From: Thermoplasmatota archaeon
GTDB lineage: Archaea > Thermoplasmatota > E2 > DHVEG-1 > B18-G2
Length of the DNA stretch: 64,000 nucleotides
Reading direction: 5' to 3'
Assembly: GCA_029259115.1 (NCBI GenBank)
Contig: JAPDJO010000035.1
Location: forward strand, 1,769 to 65,768
The notes below the pieces were generated by a model. The model ran no database searches. It worked only from the letters and a program-made list of their open reading frames with translations, and was not told the origin of the DNA. This document shows, one piece after another, positions 8,388 through 17,902 of the stretch; position 1 is the first letter of the stretch, and every line of letters starts with the position of its first letter. The position numbers and the translations under genes are program-made.

Positions 8388-10039
8388 TGAGTAAGATCAA
8401 GGATATTCTTAGAAGGATAGACGGTAAAAGTTACAAGTTCTACAAAAATCTTGAAGGCAAGTACAGATTGGATGGATTCGAGCTTTACATAGACAGGGTT
8501 CAAAGTGATCCTTTTGCGCCGCCTTCAGATTTTAGGATTGTTGTAGAAAATAACTTTCCCGAGGAGTTTTACGAGAATAGATCAAGGCTGGTAGCTTTCG
8601 AGGATTTCTTGACCAGAAGATTCTATTCTTTAGCATTGAGCCTCAGCAAAAAGATTGGGAGTGGTAACAGTGGAATGATTTCTATACTGAGACCTTCTCA
8701 GCAGGTACTTAAGAGAAGTTGTGTTAGGGTTGACAGGAATATAGAAGTTAGGTTTCATGTTGGTCTTCCAGCTAGAGGCAGGAAGATATTGGGCAAAGAG
8801 GCTGAGAGGATAATCATAGAAAAGATTCCGAGATTGGTTGATGGATGTCTCGTTTTTAGGAAGGAAGATTACAAAGATATAGAGAATCATGTGAAGGTCT
8901 CGGAAGATGCCGATTTCATTAGATCCAAGCTTAGGTCAAAAGGATTGGTAGCATTTATAGCAGATGGATCTTTATTGCCTAGAGAAAGTGGAATATCTGA
9001 AAAGCCTCTCAGGAATGCAATTAGGTTTGAGTCTCCTGAAAGTCTGAGGGTTGAATTTGATTGTCCCAACAGGGAAATAGAAGGGATGGGGCTAAAAGAA
9101 GGAATAACTCTTATAGTTGGAGGAGCCTATCATGGGAAGTCTACCCTTCTCGATGCAGTATCCAAGGGCATATACAACCACATACCTGGAGACGGAAGAG
9201 AGTTTGTTATCACTAGAGAGGATGCGGTAAAGATAAGAGCTGAAGATGGAAGATATGTAGCTAGCGTCGATATCTCTCCTTTTATCTCCAATCTTCCAGA
9301 TGGAACAGATACCTCTAACTTCTCAACAGAAAATGCATCTGGCAGTACATCTCAAGCAGCAAATATCTCTGAGGCTTTGGAACTTGGATCCAGATTATTT
9401 CTCATAGATGAAGACACCTCTGCAACAAATCTTATGCTCAGAGATAGGAGAATGCAGGAACTTATTCCAAAGGAGAAAGAGCCTATAACTCCTCTAATAG
9501 ATATGGTTTCATCCCTTAAGAAGATAGGAGTATCCATAATAATGGTCGCAGGTGGCATAGGAGAATACTTTGACGTTGCTGATACCGTAGTAATGATGGA
9601 AGATTATTTACCCAAAGATGTAACCAAGAAAGCGAAAGAGATATCGAAAAAATTTGAAAGTAAAAGACTAAAAGAGGCACCAAGAGAGATCAAAATAAGA
9701 GATAGATGTCCTCTCAAGGAAAGTATTAATCCATACATCAAAGGTAAAAGAAAGGTAAAAGTTGCAGATATGGACAAAATCAGGTTTGGAAAATATACGA
9801 TAGATTTGAGTAAAGTGGAACAGATAGTTGAAATAGGTCAAACGAGAGCTATAGGAGATGTAATCTTTCTACTAAGAAAAAGATTTTCTGGAAAAGAGAG
9901 ACTGAAAGATGTCCTCAAGGGTATCGATGGGAAAGTTCTTGACATATTACCCAGAACTGGAGATTATGCAGAACCGAGAATATTTGAGATAGGTTTTGCT
10001 CTTAACAGATTGAGAAGTCTGAAATGTAGACAGTTATGA
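8387..10039 (+). CDS. Predicted ATPase of the ABC class (COG3044/PF09818-like)
   Basis: The N-terminus MSKIKDILRRIDGKSYKFYKNLEGKYRLDGFELYIDRVQSDPFAPPS and the Walker A motif GGAYHGKSTLL are typical of this family. A Walker B-like LFLIDEDTSATN is also present. The ATG at 8387 overlaps the polB TGA by 1 nt (TGATG). The tracked ORF start at 8291 lies inside polB. Confidence 0.7.
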   Translation: MSKIKDILRRIDGKSYKFYKNLEGKYRLDGFELYIDRVQSDPFAPPSDFRIVVENNFPEEFYENRSRLVAFEDFLTRRFYSLALSLSKKIGSGNSGMISILRPSQQVLKRSCVRVDRNIEVRFHVGLPARGRKILGKEAERIIIEKIPRLVDGCLVFRKEDYKDIENHVKVSEDADFIRSKLRSKGLVAFIADGSLLPRESGISEKPLRNAIRFESPESLRVEFDCPNREIEGMGLKEGITLIVGGAYHGKSTLLDAVSKGIYNHIPGDGREFVITREDAVKIRAEDGRYVASVDISPFISNLPDGTDTSNFSTENASGSTSQAANISEALELGSRLFLIDEDTSATNLMLRDRRMQELIPKEKEPITPLIDMVSSLKKIGVSIIMVAGGIGEYFDVADTVVMMEDYLPKDVTKKAKEISKKFESKRLKEAPREIKIRDRCPLKESINPYIKGKRKVKVADMDKIRFGKYTIDLSKVEQIVEIGQTRAIGDVIFLLRKRFSGKERLKDVLKGIDGKVLDILPRTGDYAEPRIFEIGFALNRLRSLKCRQL

Positions 10040-10687
10040 CGTTGTAAAGGTTTGTCCTAGTTCTTTGATTCTACTCAGCAGAGCAATCGCTAGATCTATC
10101 ATCATATCGTAATCCTCTTCTTTTTCAAGCAATCCTAAAACGGTTATGTCTACGAGATTCTGTGATAAATAAACACATGGTGCAAGATGCCATATGCCAA
10201 TAAGTTTCTCCTGTATCTCATAGTCTAATAGGTTATAGGTAAAATATTCATCGTCCCCCTTTACTATAAATTTGTTATCGAATTCTTCCGAACCCATTTG
10301 TATGTCTTTCATACCAAAGGCCTTAGCTATCCTCGAGAGAGTAGTCTCCCTGTAAACGATTACCTCGTGATTTAAGCTAAGATCATGAAACACATAAAGA
10401 GTGGTTTTAGGTGGTGAATACCTACTACCTGGCTTAAATCTGATGACTAATTTTGCTCCATCATGATTAAATTGTAATGATGGATAGATAATCGGATACC
10501 TCGTGACCTCTCCACCTCTTTTTTCTGCTATGCGTTGCAGAACCTGGATAAGCCTTTTCCTTCGCCTATTCATCAGAATAAGAAAGGTTACCAAAACAAG
10601 TGCTATTACTAGGATTGACAGAACCGATAGAAAAGGAAGGTATTCAATATAAGTTACCTGTTGATACATAATTATCCATTTCAGCAA
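10034..10687 (-). CDS. Hypothetical N-terminally membrane-anchored protein
   Basis: 217-aa ORF with one N-terminal TM segment (LPFLSVLSILVIALVLVTFLILM) followed by RRRKR and a soluble domain. I recognised no family. Its stop codon abuts the stop of the ATPase gene. Confidence 0.5.
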   Translation of the reverse strand: MLKWIIMYQQVTYIEYLPFLSVLSILVIALVLVTFLILMNRRRKRLIQVLQRIAEKRGGEVTRYPIIYPSLQFNHDGAKLVIRFKPGSRYSPPKTTLYVFHDLSLNHEVIVYRETTLSRIAKAFGMKDIQMGSEEFDNKFIVKGDDEYFTYNLLDYEIQEKLIGIWHLAPCVYLSQNLVDITVLGLLEKEEDYDMMIDLAIALLSRIKELGQTFTTS

Positions 10688-10773
10688 GTTTTTATTTAAA
10701 TTTTACTTAAAAAATTGTTCATAGTCGGGCATAGTAACCTTCAAAAACTCTGATTTTATGTTTATTAATACCT

Positions 10774-10844
10774 GGGCGGGTAACAAAGGGGCTATGTGGT
10801 GGACTGCAGATCCACTTACGTGGGTTCGAATCCCACCCCGCCCT
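10774..10844 (+). tRNA. tRNA-Cys (GCA)
   Basis: Cloverleaf:
- Acceptor GGGCGGG/CCCGCCC.
- D arm ACAA-AGGGGCT-ATGT (3 bp plus a 13:22 mismatch).
- Anticodon stem GTGGA/TCCAC; loop CTGCAGA.
- 4-nt variable loop.
- T arm GTGGG-TTCGAAT-CCCAC.
- U73 discriminator, the Cys identity element.

The gene is 71 nt. Confidence 0.85.
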
Positions 10845-10849
10845 CTGGA

Positions 10850-13800
10850 GTGAGGAGGGTAAAGCTTGTAATAATAGCAATCCTCCTTCTCCCCGCATTC
10901 TGTCCCATATCTGTAGGAAAAGGAGAGACAAAGATATGGATAAATGAGGTGATGTATAATCCAGATGATGGAGGGACTGAATGGATAGAGCTCTACAACC
11001 CAAACAGCTTTCTTGTTGATATATCCGGATGGTATATCTCTGATGATCCAAGTCCCTATTCTCCAGGTAGAGAAGGCGCATGCAGATTTCCAGAAAATAC
11101 CTTCATCTCGGAGAAATCTTACTTGATTATCGCAGAAAACGGTTCGGCATTTTACAGGGAATATGGATTCTATCCAGATTTCGAGATAGAAGATTCTAAT
11201 GAGAATGTAAGAAATCTCGTTATTGAATCTCGAGGTTTCAAATTGTCAAACAGTGGAGATGATATTCATCTGTTTAATGATGGCTTGGAAGAAATAGATG
11301 TGGTATGGTATGGAGATGGTGGAGATCTCGGTAGAGATGGTTCTGCACCAGGCGTAAGAAGAGGCTACTCTTTATCGAGATACAGATACTCTGGTATACC
11401 ATCGAATGATTTCAGAGAGAGTAGTATACCTACGCCTGGCGAAGAGAATTTTCTGCATAGGGAAGCAAAAATAAGCATCGATATCTTTCCAAAATTTTTG
11501 CCCAAGATAGAGAAAGGAAAAGAATACAGTTTGATTTTTCTAATCAAGGTGAGTTTGAACACCTCTACAGAGGGACACTGGAGGATGAAAGCATATGTTG
11601 TGGGCAAAAACGATTCCAGATACCCTTCTACACAAACGTGGAATGGTGAAGATTGGATTTATTCATATAGATATGCCTTCGAGGGGTATGGGAACTTTTC
11701 AGAATGGATAGCTCTGAGGTTTTGCAGGAAGTATGAAGACTACGAGAATATAGAGAATGGAAGTGAGGCTTTTATATACGTGAAGTGTGAGATTGAGAAT
11801 GATTATCTCATCGATTTCAAGAGAGTTTATTTATTGGATATGGACAACTCCACATCAAACGCAAGTGAAGGAGGTCTCGTTATAGGCAGGATAAACGAGA
11901 GGAACAGGATAATTATGCTGAAAAGTAACGGTACAGTTCTCTCTACATCTATATCCGAGATAAACCATATAGAAGATGGTAATCCAGAAATAGAGGGATT
12001 TTTCAAGATGTATGCACCCCTTGGAGTAAGGTTAACATTGGTTGATGAAAGAAACAAAGTGTTGAGAGATGGTTTGTTTGCAATTCGAGGATATTTCGAT
12101 GTCAATGCATGGATGGGAAGATACCTCTGGGTGGAAAACTGCGGAGATTTTCCAGAAACTATAATCATCGAAGGGAAGAAAAGAGCTCATGTGTTCCTCT
12201 ATCCTGGAGAGATAGCAGATATCAATATCTCTGAAATTGGTGGAAACGATATTCTAGTATATGTGGAAGAAGATCCATCGATCTGCAAACATCTACGCTT
12301 ACCAAGATATAAAGAGGATATCTCCATAGCCTGGATAAAGATTGAGGGAGCTGAAGATTTCAATTTGGGTCCAGGGAGGGTTTACAAGATCAGGGTGAGA
12401 ATTGATAATAATGGAGATGATGAGATAAGAGATATCATCGTCAAATTTTACCTGGATGGAAAAGAGATCGGTTGGAAGCTGTATGACCGCATAGGGAGAT
12501 ATCCGAAGTACCCATCTGTAATATTAGATACATCTGGCTTGGCCGGAAGGCACAAGATAACGGTTGTGATTGATTATGAAGACAAAACCTTGGAGAAATC
12601 CATCAACATTAACATTTCAGATAAAGAGTTGGTAAGAAATATTCTTATCACAAAGGTGTTTTGCTATGGTTTCTCCTGGCTTGATGGAGAGTTTTTAGAG
12701 ATTTGTAATCAAAACAATCAAAGTATCGACATATCTGGATGGTATTTTACAGATAGACCAAACGAAAGGGTGGATAAACAACCAAAGATAGTATTTCCAG
12801 AAGGGAGCATAATAGAAGCTGGTTCTTCTATAGTTATCTCATCGAACTCCTCTGCCTATAAAAATCTGTTTGCTTGCTATCCAGATTTTGAGTACAATTT
12901 TGATATTCCCGAGGTTAAAGACATGATAGAAGAGGGTTCGGTTATCCTGAATAATAAGGCAGATGTGATTGCACTTAAAGATAGGTATAACAGAACCATT
13001 GATGTGATCATCTACGGGGAATGGAAGAGGGTTATTGGATGGGAAGGGAAGCCGGTTGGAAGATTAAGAAAAGGAGAGATCTTTGAAAGAAAAAGAGAAA
13101 ATGGGCCCTACCTTGATACAAACACATCATTAGACTGGAAAATTGTAAAGTTAGGTAGATCGAAGATCGATACAACTCTGTTTTCTGGTAATATGGGGAT
13201 AGTTGGTGCGGTCTCACCTGACTGTTCTTTAAGTGTTTTGATAAAAGAGTTGAACACTACAAAACGATTCGTGATACTAAATTCTTATCTATTTGCAAAT
13301 CCATGGATAGAGGATATCCTTATGAGATTGATGGAGAGAGGAGTTAATATAACTATTTTGGTCGAAGGCAACCCCGTAGCTGAGAAAGAAAATAAAGATT
13401 CTCTGAAGAGACTGAAAGACGAAGGTGCGATAATCTATGAGATGAAAAGTTCGGATGGATATAGGAGATATAGATTCGATCACGCGAAATACTGTATCAT
13501 AGACAACCGCTCTCTAATCATAGGAAGTGCAAACTTCGATCGGAATGGGTATCCAAAGGGAAAAGGGAATAGAGAATGGCTGGTTATTGTGAGAAACTCT
13601 TCTGTTGCCAGATTCTTCTATAGATTGTTTAAGATGGATATCAGCATGCCAGATGTTTGCGTGGTAAACATCTCTGCTCGTGATGAGCATAATGAACCTT
13701 TTGCCCCTGAGGATAAATTCCTTCCAAGAATGGAGCCATTGGAGGTAGAAGATAATGTTACCATTTTACCCATAATCTCCCCAGACAATAGCGAAAAGGT

Positions 13801-14302
13801 TTTGGTAGAGATTCTCAGAAGAGCAAAACAAAGCATCTACATAGAACAGATGATCTTTGATCCTTATGAGATCGATAGATTAACTAGAGAGTTGATCAAT
13901 GCATCCCGTAGAGGGGTTGATGTCAAAATCATCGTCAACTCGAGATATGCTGAAAAGGAAAAGCTATCTGTATTACGAGACTATGGCATAGATGTGAAGT
14001 TGGTGGATCCAAAAGATTTGGATCTAACAAATATACATGTTAAAGGTATCATAGTAGACAACTCTACGGTTGTAATTTCCAGCATAAATCTGAACCATGG
14101 TTCCATCTATGAGAACAGAGAAGCTGGTCTCGTTATAGAGAATCAAGAAATCGCGAGATATTTTGCAAAAGCGTTTTTCTTGGATTGGAGGATGAAAGTG
14201 GAAAGTTCCGAGAAAGATTATAAAAGTGTCTTTTTGTTAACCTTTCTTCTATGTCTAACACTCACAGCGATACTGAAAAATTGGAGGAGTAAGATAAGAT
14301 GA
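10850..14302 (+). CDS. Secreted, C-terminally membrane-anchored multidomain protein: LTD - CARDB-like - LTD - two PLD (HKD) domains
   Basis: - The tracked ORF (10796) runs through tRNA-Cys. GTG 10850 gives the signal peptide RRVKLVIIAILLLPAFCPISVG.
- Lamin-tail-domain signatures: IWINEVMYNPDDGGTEWIELYNPNSFLVDISGWYISDD and DGEFLEICNQNNQSIDISGWYFTDR.
- Two HKD motifs: HAKYCIIDNRSLIIGSANF and HVKGIIVDNSTVVISSINL.
- C-terminal TM segment VFLLTFLLCLTLTAIL followed by KNWRSKIR. Confidence 0.75.
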   Translation: MRRVKLVIIAILLLPAFCPISVGKGETKIWINEVMYNPDDGGTEWIELYNPNSFLVDISGWYISDDPSPYSPGREGACRFPENTFISEKSYLIIAENGSAFYREYGFYPDFEIEDSNENVRNLVIESRGFKLSNSGDDIHLFNDGLEEIDVVWYGDGGDLGRDGSAPGVRRGYSLSRYRYSGIPSNDFRESSIPTPGEENFLHREAKISIDIFPKFLPKIEKGKEYSLIFLIKVSLNTSTEGHWRMKAYVVGKNDSRYPSTQTWNGEDWIYSYRYAFEGYGNFSEWIALRFCRKYEDYENIENGSEAFIYVKCEIENDYLIDFKRVYLLDMDNSTSNASEGGLVIGRINERNRIIMLKSNGTVLSTSISEINHIEDGNPEIEGFFKMYAPLGVRLTLVDERNKVLRDGLFAIRGYFDVNAWMGRYLWVENCGDFPETIIIEGKKRAHVFLYPGEIADINISEIGGNDILVYVEEDPSICKHLRLPRYKEDISIAWIKIEGAEDFNLGPGRVYKIRVRIDNNGDDEIRDIIVKFYLDGKEIGWKLYDRIGRYPKYPSVILDTSGLAGRHKITVVIDYEDKTLEKSININISDKELVRNILITKVFCYGFSWLDGEFLEICNQNNQSIDISGWYFTDRPNERVDKQPKIVFPEGSIIEAGSSIVISSNSSAYKNLFACYPDFEYNFDIPEVKDMIEEGSVILNNKADVIALKDRYNRTIDVIIYGEWKRVIGWEGKPVGRLRKGEIFERKRENGPYLDTNTSLDWKIVKLGRSKIDTTLFSGNMGIVGAVSPDCSLSVLIKELNTTKRFVILNSYLFANPWIEDILMRLMERGVNITILVEGNPVAEKENKDSLKRLKDEGAIIYEMKSSDGYRRYRFDHAKYCIIDNRSLIIGSANFDRNGYPKGKGNREWLVIVRNSSVARFFYRLFKMDISMPDVCVVNISARDEHNEPFAPEDKFLPRMEPLEVEDNVTILPIISPDNSEKVLVEILRRAKQSIYIEQMIFDPYEIDRLTRELINASRRGVDVKIIVNSRYAEKEKLSVLRDYGIDVKLVDPKDLDLTNIHVKGIIVDNSTVVISSINLNHGSIYENREAGLVIENQEIARYFAKAFFLDWRMKVESSEKDYKSVFLLTFLLCLTLTAILKNWRSKIR

Positions 14303-15168
14303 TTAACCATTTGCTCTCGATAGTTTCGTTGATTATTATAGTTCTGGCCTTTCTATTCGCATATAAGAGGAACTTTGGCGTCACTCTAGCTCTTCTGATT
14401 TCCAATTTTGCCATATTCATTATCTCTTCTCTATATCCAGAAGTGGTCTTCGATCTTGGATTTAAGCCAACCTATCTTTATGAAAATCCTGCAAGATTGT
14501 ATACACTTGTAACAACCATGTTCTTACATGCAGATTTATCTCATATACTTGGAAACATGATCACTCTCTTCTTTTTAGGGATTCCTTTCGAAAGGAGAGT
14601 GGGTTGGAAGAAATTTTCTCTCATCTACTTTATCTCAAGCATAGGCGGAGCAGTACTCTATTCCATGATCAATCCAAAACCTGTTTTGCTTATAGGAGCA
14701 TCTGGCGCGATATTTGGCATATTGGGAGCGTTTGCACTCGCATATCCGTTTGATGAGATCATCATGCCTTTGCCTGTGTTTTTTGTTGCTTTCCTTACTA
14801 GGATAAAGGTAATCTACGCTGCAATATTCTTTGGATTCTTGGAGATAGCTTTCAGTTTCTTTTCATCCAGCTATGACAACGTAGCTCATGTAGCGCACAT
14901 TGGCGGATTACTAACGGGTATAGCGCTATCGTATGTTCTTCTCAGGGAGAGAAAAGTAAGAATAGGTATAGTTGAGTACAGAAACTTAGAAGAGGTTTCT
15001 AACGATGTCAGATTGATAGATAGGATAAGGTATGAGAGTATACCAGAGGTGAGAAACGAGTGGATGAAGGAGTTTATCAGGGATTACAGATGTCCCTACT
15101 GTGGAGGAAAGCTAAAAATCTTTAGAGGGAATATCTATTGCAAAAGATGTGATCTTATCTTTAGATGA
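14299..15168 (+). CDS. Rhomboid-family intramembrane serine protease with a C-terminal zinc ribbon
   Basis: Motifs HADLSHILGNM (TM2 H..N), GASGAIFG (catalytic GxSG) and AHIGGLLTG (catalytic His). The C-terminus is CPYCGGKLKIFRGNIYCKRCD. The ATG overlaps the upstream stop (ATGA). Confidence 0.85.
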   Translation: MINHLLSIVSLIIIVLAFLFAYKRNFGVTLALLISNFAIFIISSLYPEVVFDLGFKPTYLYENPARLYTLVTTMFLHADLSHILGNMITLFFLGIPFERRVGWKKFSLIYFISSIGGAVLYSMINPKPVLLIGASGAIFGILGAFALAYPFDEIIMPLPVFFVAFLTRIKVIYAAIFFGFLEIAFSFFSSSYDNVAHVAHIGGLLTGIALSYVLLRERKVRIGIVEYRNLEEVSNDVRLIDRIRYESIPEVRNEWMKEFIRDYRCPYCGGKLKIFRGNIYCKRCDLIFR

Positions 15169-15174
15169 ATATGT

Positions 15175-16050
15175 TTAGTGTAGTATTCCATGGAAGATTA
15201 GGGATGACAAAATATAACCAATTATAGCTCCGGTATTCAAGAAGGGCAGACCCGCGTGGGGCTTATCTTTAGATGGAAATACCATTAGACAAATGAATCC
15301 TGTGATTATTCCAGCGACAACCGATAGGGATATCTCCAATGAGGAAGTGAAGCTGTAGGCTGAGATAACAAGTATTCCGGGTATAACAACATCTCCGACA
15401 CCAACAAATAGTGCATCTCTCTCCTTTCTTTTTACCTGCTTCTTGAGGCCTCCGACTTGCTTCCTGAACCTGTATTTTATCTTGTAGGGTATTATGAAGA
15501 GTACCGGCAGTTTCAGATCAACTATTGTATCTGCAAGATCTATCATATGCTTTGTTTTGTAAACGGATATGGCATCATAGAGAGCGAGCACGATCAGAAG
15601 TGGAATAACCAAATATGGAGAGATGGAGATGCCGAAGATTGTTACCGCGCCTATGCTGAGGATTATTGCAGAGAGATCTATAACATACCATTCAGGGTAA
15701 AGCAGGAGAAGAATGATGAGTGCTACGGGTATTGCTAAAGAAAGTGCATTCGCGACAATACTTGTTACAAAGCCATAAAGCAGAGCTTGGAATAGGGTGA
15801 ACATTGTAGCGATGATTGCGAGAAGTACAAACACATGTATCGCTTCCTTCTTCCACAATTTAGCAATTATGATTATCAGCGCGGTTATGATAAGTAGGGT
15901 TGCAATGAAATAAACTATGTTTGCAGGATTATCTGGATTTTCAAACGCTCTGATACCAAGCCTTTCAAACTTTTCAGCAATCGCAATCGATACAAGATAC
16001 ACGAATAAGAATATGGAGATCATACCAGCTATAGATGGTATTCCTCTCAT
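15175..16050 (-). CDS. Presenilin/signal-peptide-peptidase homolog (GxGD intramembrane aspartyl protease, PSH-like)
   Basis: Polytopic 291-aa protein with the YD motif (LALYDAISVY), the GxGD motif (FVGVGDVVIPG) and a PAL-like AGLPFL near the C-terminus. Confidence 0.7.
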   Translation of the reverse strand: MRGIPSIAGMISIFLFVYLVSIAIAEKFERLGIRAFENPDNPANIVYFIATLLIITALIIIIAKLWKKEAIHVFVLLAIIATMFTLFQALLYGFVTSIVANALSLAIPVALIILLLLYPEWYVIDLSAIILSIGAVTIFGISISPYLVIPLLIVLALYDAISVYKTKHMIDLADTIVDLKLPVLFIIPYKIKYRFRKQVGGLKKQVKRKERDALFVGVGDVVIPGILVISAYSFTSSLEISLSVVAGIITGFICLMVFPSKDKPHAGLPFLNTGAIIGYILSSLIFHGILH

Positions 16051-16138
16051 GCTATCCTCCTCCAGAGATTCAAAATGCCGTATTTAATAGTATATCAACA
16101 AACCTTAATAACCTCTAGAGTATCACAGGCAGAAAGAC

Positions 16139-17902
16139 ATGGAAAAATCGAGCCGCAATGATAGATATCCTAAACTTTACATTGCTTTATTCCTGATACT
16201 CGCTTTAGCGATAACCATTAGATCTCTGCCAGCATGGACAAACGCTGCATGGGGTAACGATTTTGGGATATACTACGGGATAACCACATCCATACTTAAG
16301 GAACAGCATATCTTTGTAGAGTACAATGGATGGGGAAGTTCGTATCAGTATTTTCCCGTACTCTACATGACATCCATAGCGGTGCATCTGATTACAGGCA
16401 TGGACATCTTCTGGCTCATGCCTAAAATTGCTCCAATCATAGGAGGATTAACCGTTTTGATAATCTACTGCATGGTTTCTTACCTTTTTAAAGATAGAAA
16501 ACTTGCCCTCCTCTCTTCCTTATTGCTTGCGATAGCTCCATTTCATGTTTACCAAACCAGCCATGCAGCTCCACTAACGATGGGTCACTTTTTCATGCTG
16601 CTCTCCATCTACCTCTTTTTAAGATGTGTGAAAGGTAATTTGTCTGCAATGGTATTTTTGATTCCCTCTACGCTTCTGCTCATCCTATCTCATCATCTCT
16701 CAACCTACTTTTATCTCATATCCATAGATGCAATCTTTCTGGTGAGTTTAGTGTTGAAAAAGAGGGTAGAGAAGAGAGACTGTGCACTCCTCTCCTATCT
16801 ACTTCTGGCGGCGCTTTCAACATTTAGCTACTGGTCAATAGTTGCGAAACCGGTTTTCTACAATTTCATGCCCGCTGGCTTTCCTCTTGCTCCGCATCAA
16901 ACTGTTATCCTCTACTTTACTCTCCTTCTGTGCAGTTTCTTCCTGATAACGAGATGCGAGAGTTTAAAGAATAGATTGTTCAAACTCGTAACCGCACATC
17001 CGAAGATGGGTTACAAAACAAAGATTATCCTGACCTTTCTCCTGATTATATTCTTTGAAATTCTCTTCATGCTGTTTCCTGTGCCAGGCGTGAAGGTAAG
17101 GATAAATCCCGCTACAATCATCTACTCCATACCTATCGCTACTCTCTTCAGTTTTGGTACAGCTGGATTGAGCCTGTTAAAAAGGTCTGAAGAAGGTTTA
17201 CTTATCCGTTGGTGGTTCATCGCGATATTTGCATCTTTCATTTATGCTGTTGTGTACAGGGAAACCTCGATCTACCCAGATAGGCACTTAGAGTACCTTA
17301 TGGTTCCTCTTTCTATAGCGATTGCGTTTTCTTTCAGCAAGTATTTCAGAGAGTGCAGATTTCTACATGCAATGCACCTGAGTAAAACAAAGTACTCAAT
17401 AGGTGTGAGCCTCATCGGTCTCTTGATGTTTTCGAACATGGTGGTTGTCTATCCAGCCTTCGATTCCATAAATGCAGCGGATGAAAGAATAACTGATCCT
17501 TGCATAAACGCTATAGAATGGTTGAGAGAGAATGTAAACACTAGCTTGGTTATAGCCTCGGATCACAGGTTATCCATGCTTCTCTGGGCGAATGGCTTTA
17601 ATTTCGTTTCCGATGAGACAAACCTTACATGGACCTCTGAGTCTTGGGAAGAATGCAAAGCAGAGATTGAGTCCCTAAATATCTCGTATATCCTGATTGA
17701 TGATATCATGAAAGATAAGGTAGTGAATGTTGGCGTCGGGAAATACTACCAGATGAGTAATGCCTCTTATGAAAAATTCAGAAGAGAGCCTTTTGAGTTG
17801 GTTTACAGGAATGCTACTTATAGTATCGATGGAGAAGAGATCAGCTGGGCTGAGATCTACTATGTAAACTGGAGTTATGTCTATGGAAGGGATGAGAGTT
17901 AA
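16139..17902 (+). CDS. GT-C fold integral-membrane glycosyltransferase (ArnT/PMT, family 39-like)
   Basis: 587 aa with more than 10 predicted TM helices. It has an acidic motif in the first extracytoplasmic loop (WGNDFGIYYG) and a C-terminal soluble domain. No WWDYG motif, so it is not a canonical AglB/STT3. Confidence 0.55.
   Translation: MEKSSRNDRYPKLYIALFLILALAITIRSLPAWTNAAWGNDFGIYYGITTSILKEQHIFVEYNGWGSSYQYFPVLYMTSIAVHLITGMDIFWLMPKIAPIIGGLTVLIIYCMVSYLFKDRKLALLSSLLLAIAPFHVYQTSHAAPLTMGHFFMLLSIYLFLRCVKGNLSAMVFLIPSTLLLILSHHLSTYFYLISIDAIFLVSLVLKKRVEKRDCALLSYLLLAALSTFSYWSIVAKPVFYNFMPAGFPLAPHQTVILYFTLLLCSFFLITRCESLKNRLFKLVTAHPKMGYKTKIILTFLLIIFFEILFMLFPVPGVKVRINPATIIYSIPIATLFSFGTAGLSLLKRSEEGLLIRWWFIAIFASFIYAVVYRETSIYPDRHLEYLMVPLSIAIAFSFSKYFRECRFLHAMHLSKTKYSIGVSLIGLLMFSNMVVVYPAFDSINAADERITDPCINAIEWLRENVNTSLVIASDHRLSMLLWANGFNFVSDETNLTWTSESWEECKAEIESLNISYILIDDIMKDKVVNVGVGKYYQMSNASYEKFRREPFELVYRNATYSIDGEEISWAEIYYVNWSYVYGRDES

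Noticed and set aside
10719-11081. 120-aa minus-strand ORF, and the 5' extension (10796-10849) of the LTD/PLD ORF.
   Set aside because: Both read through tRNA-Cys (10774-10844). The GWDSNP and VGSNPTP translations are the usual artefact of translating a T-arm.
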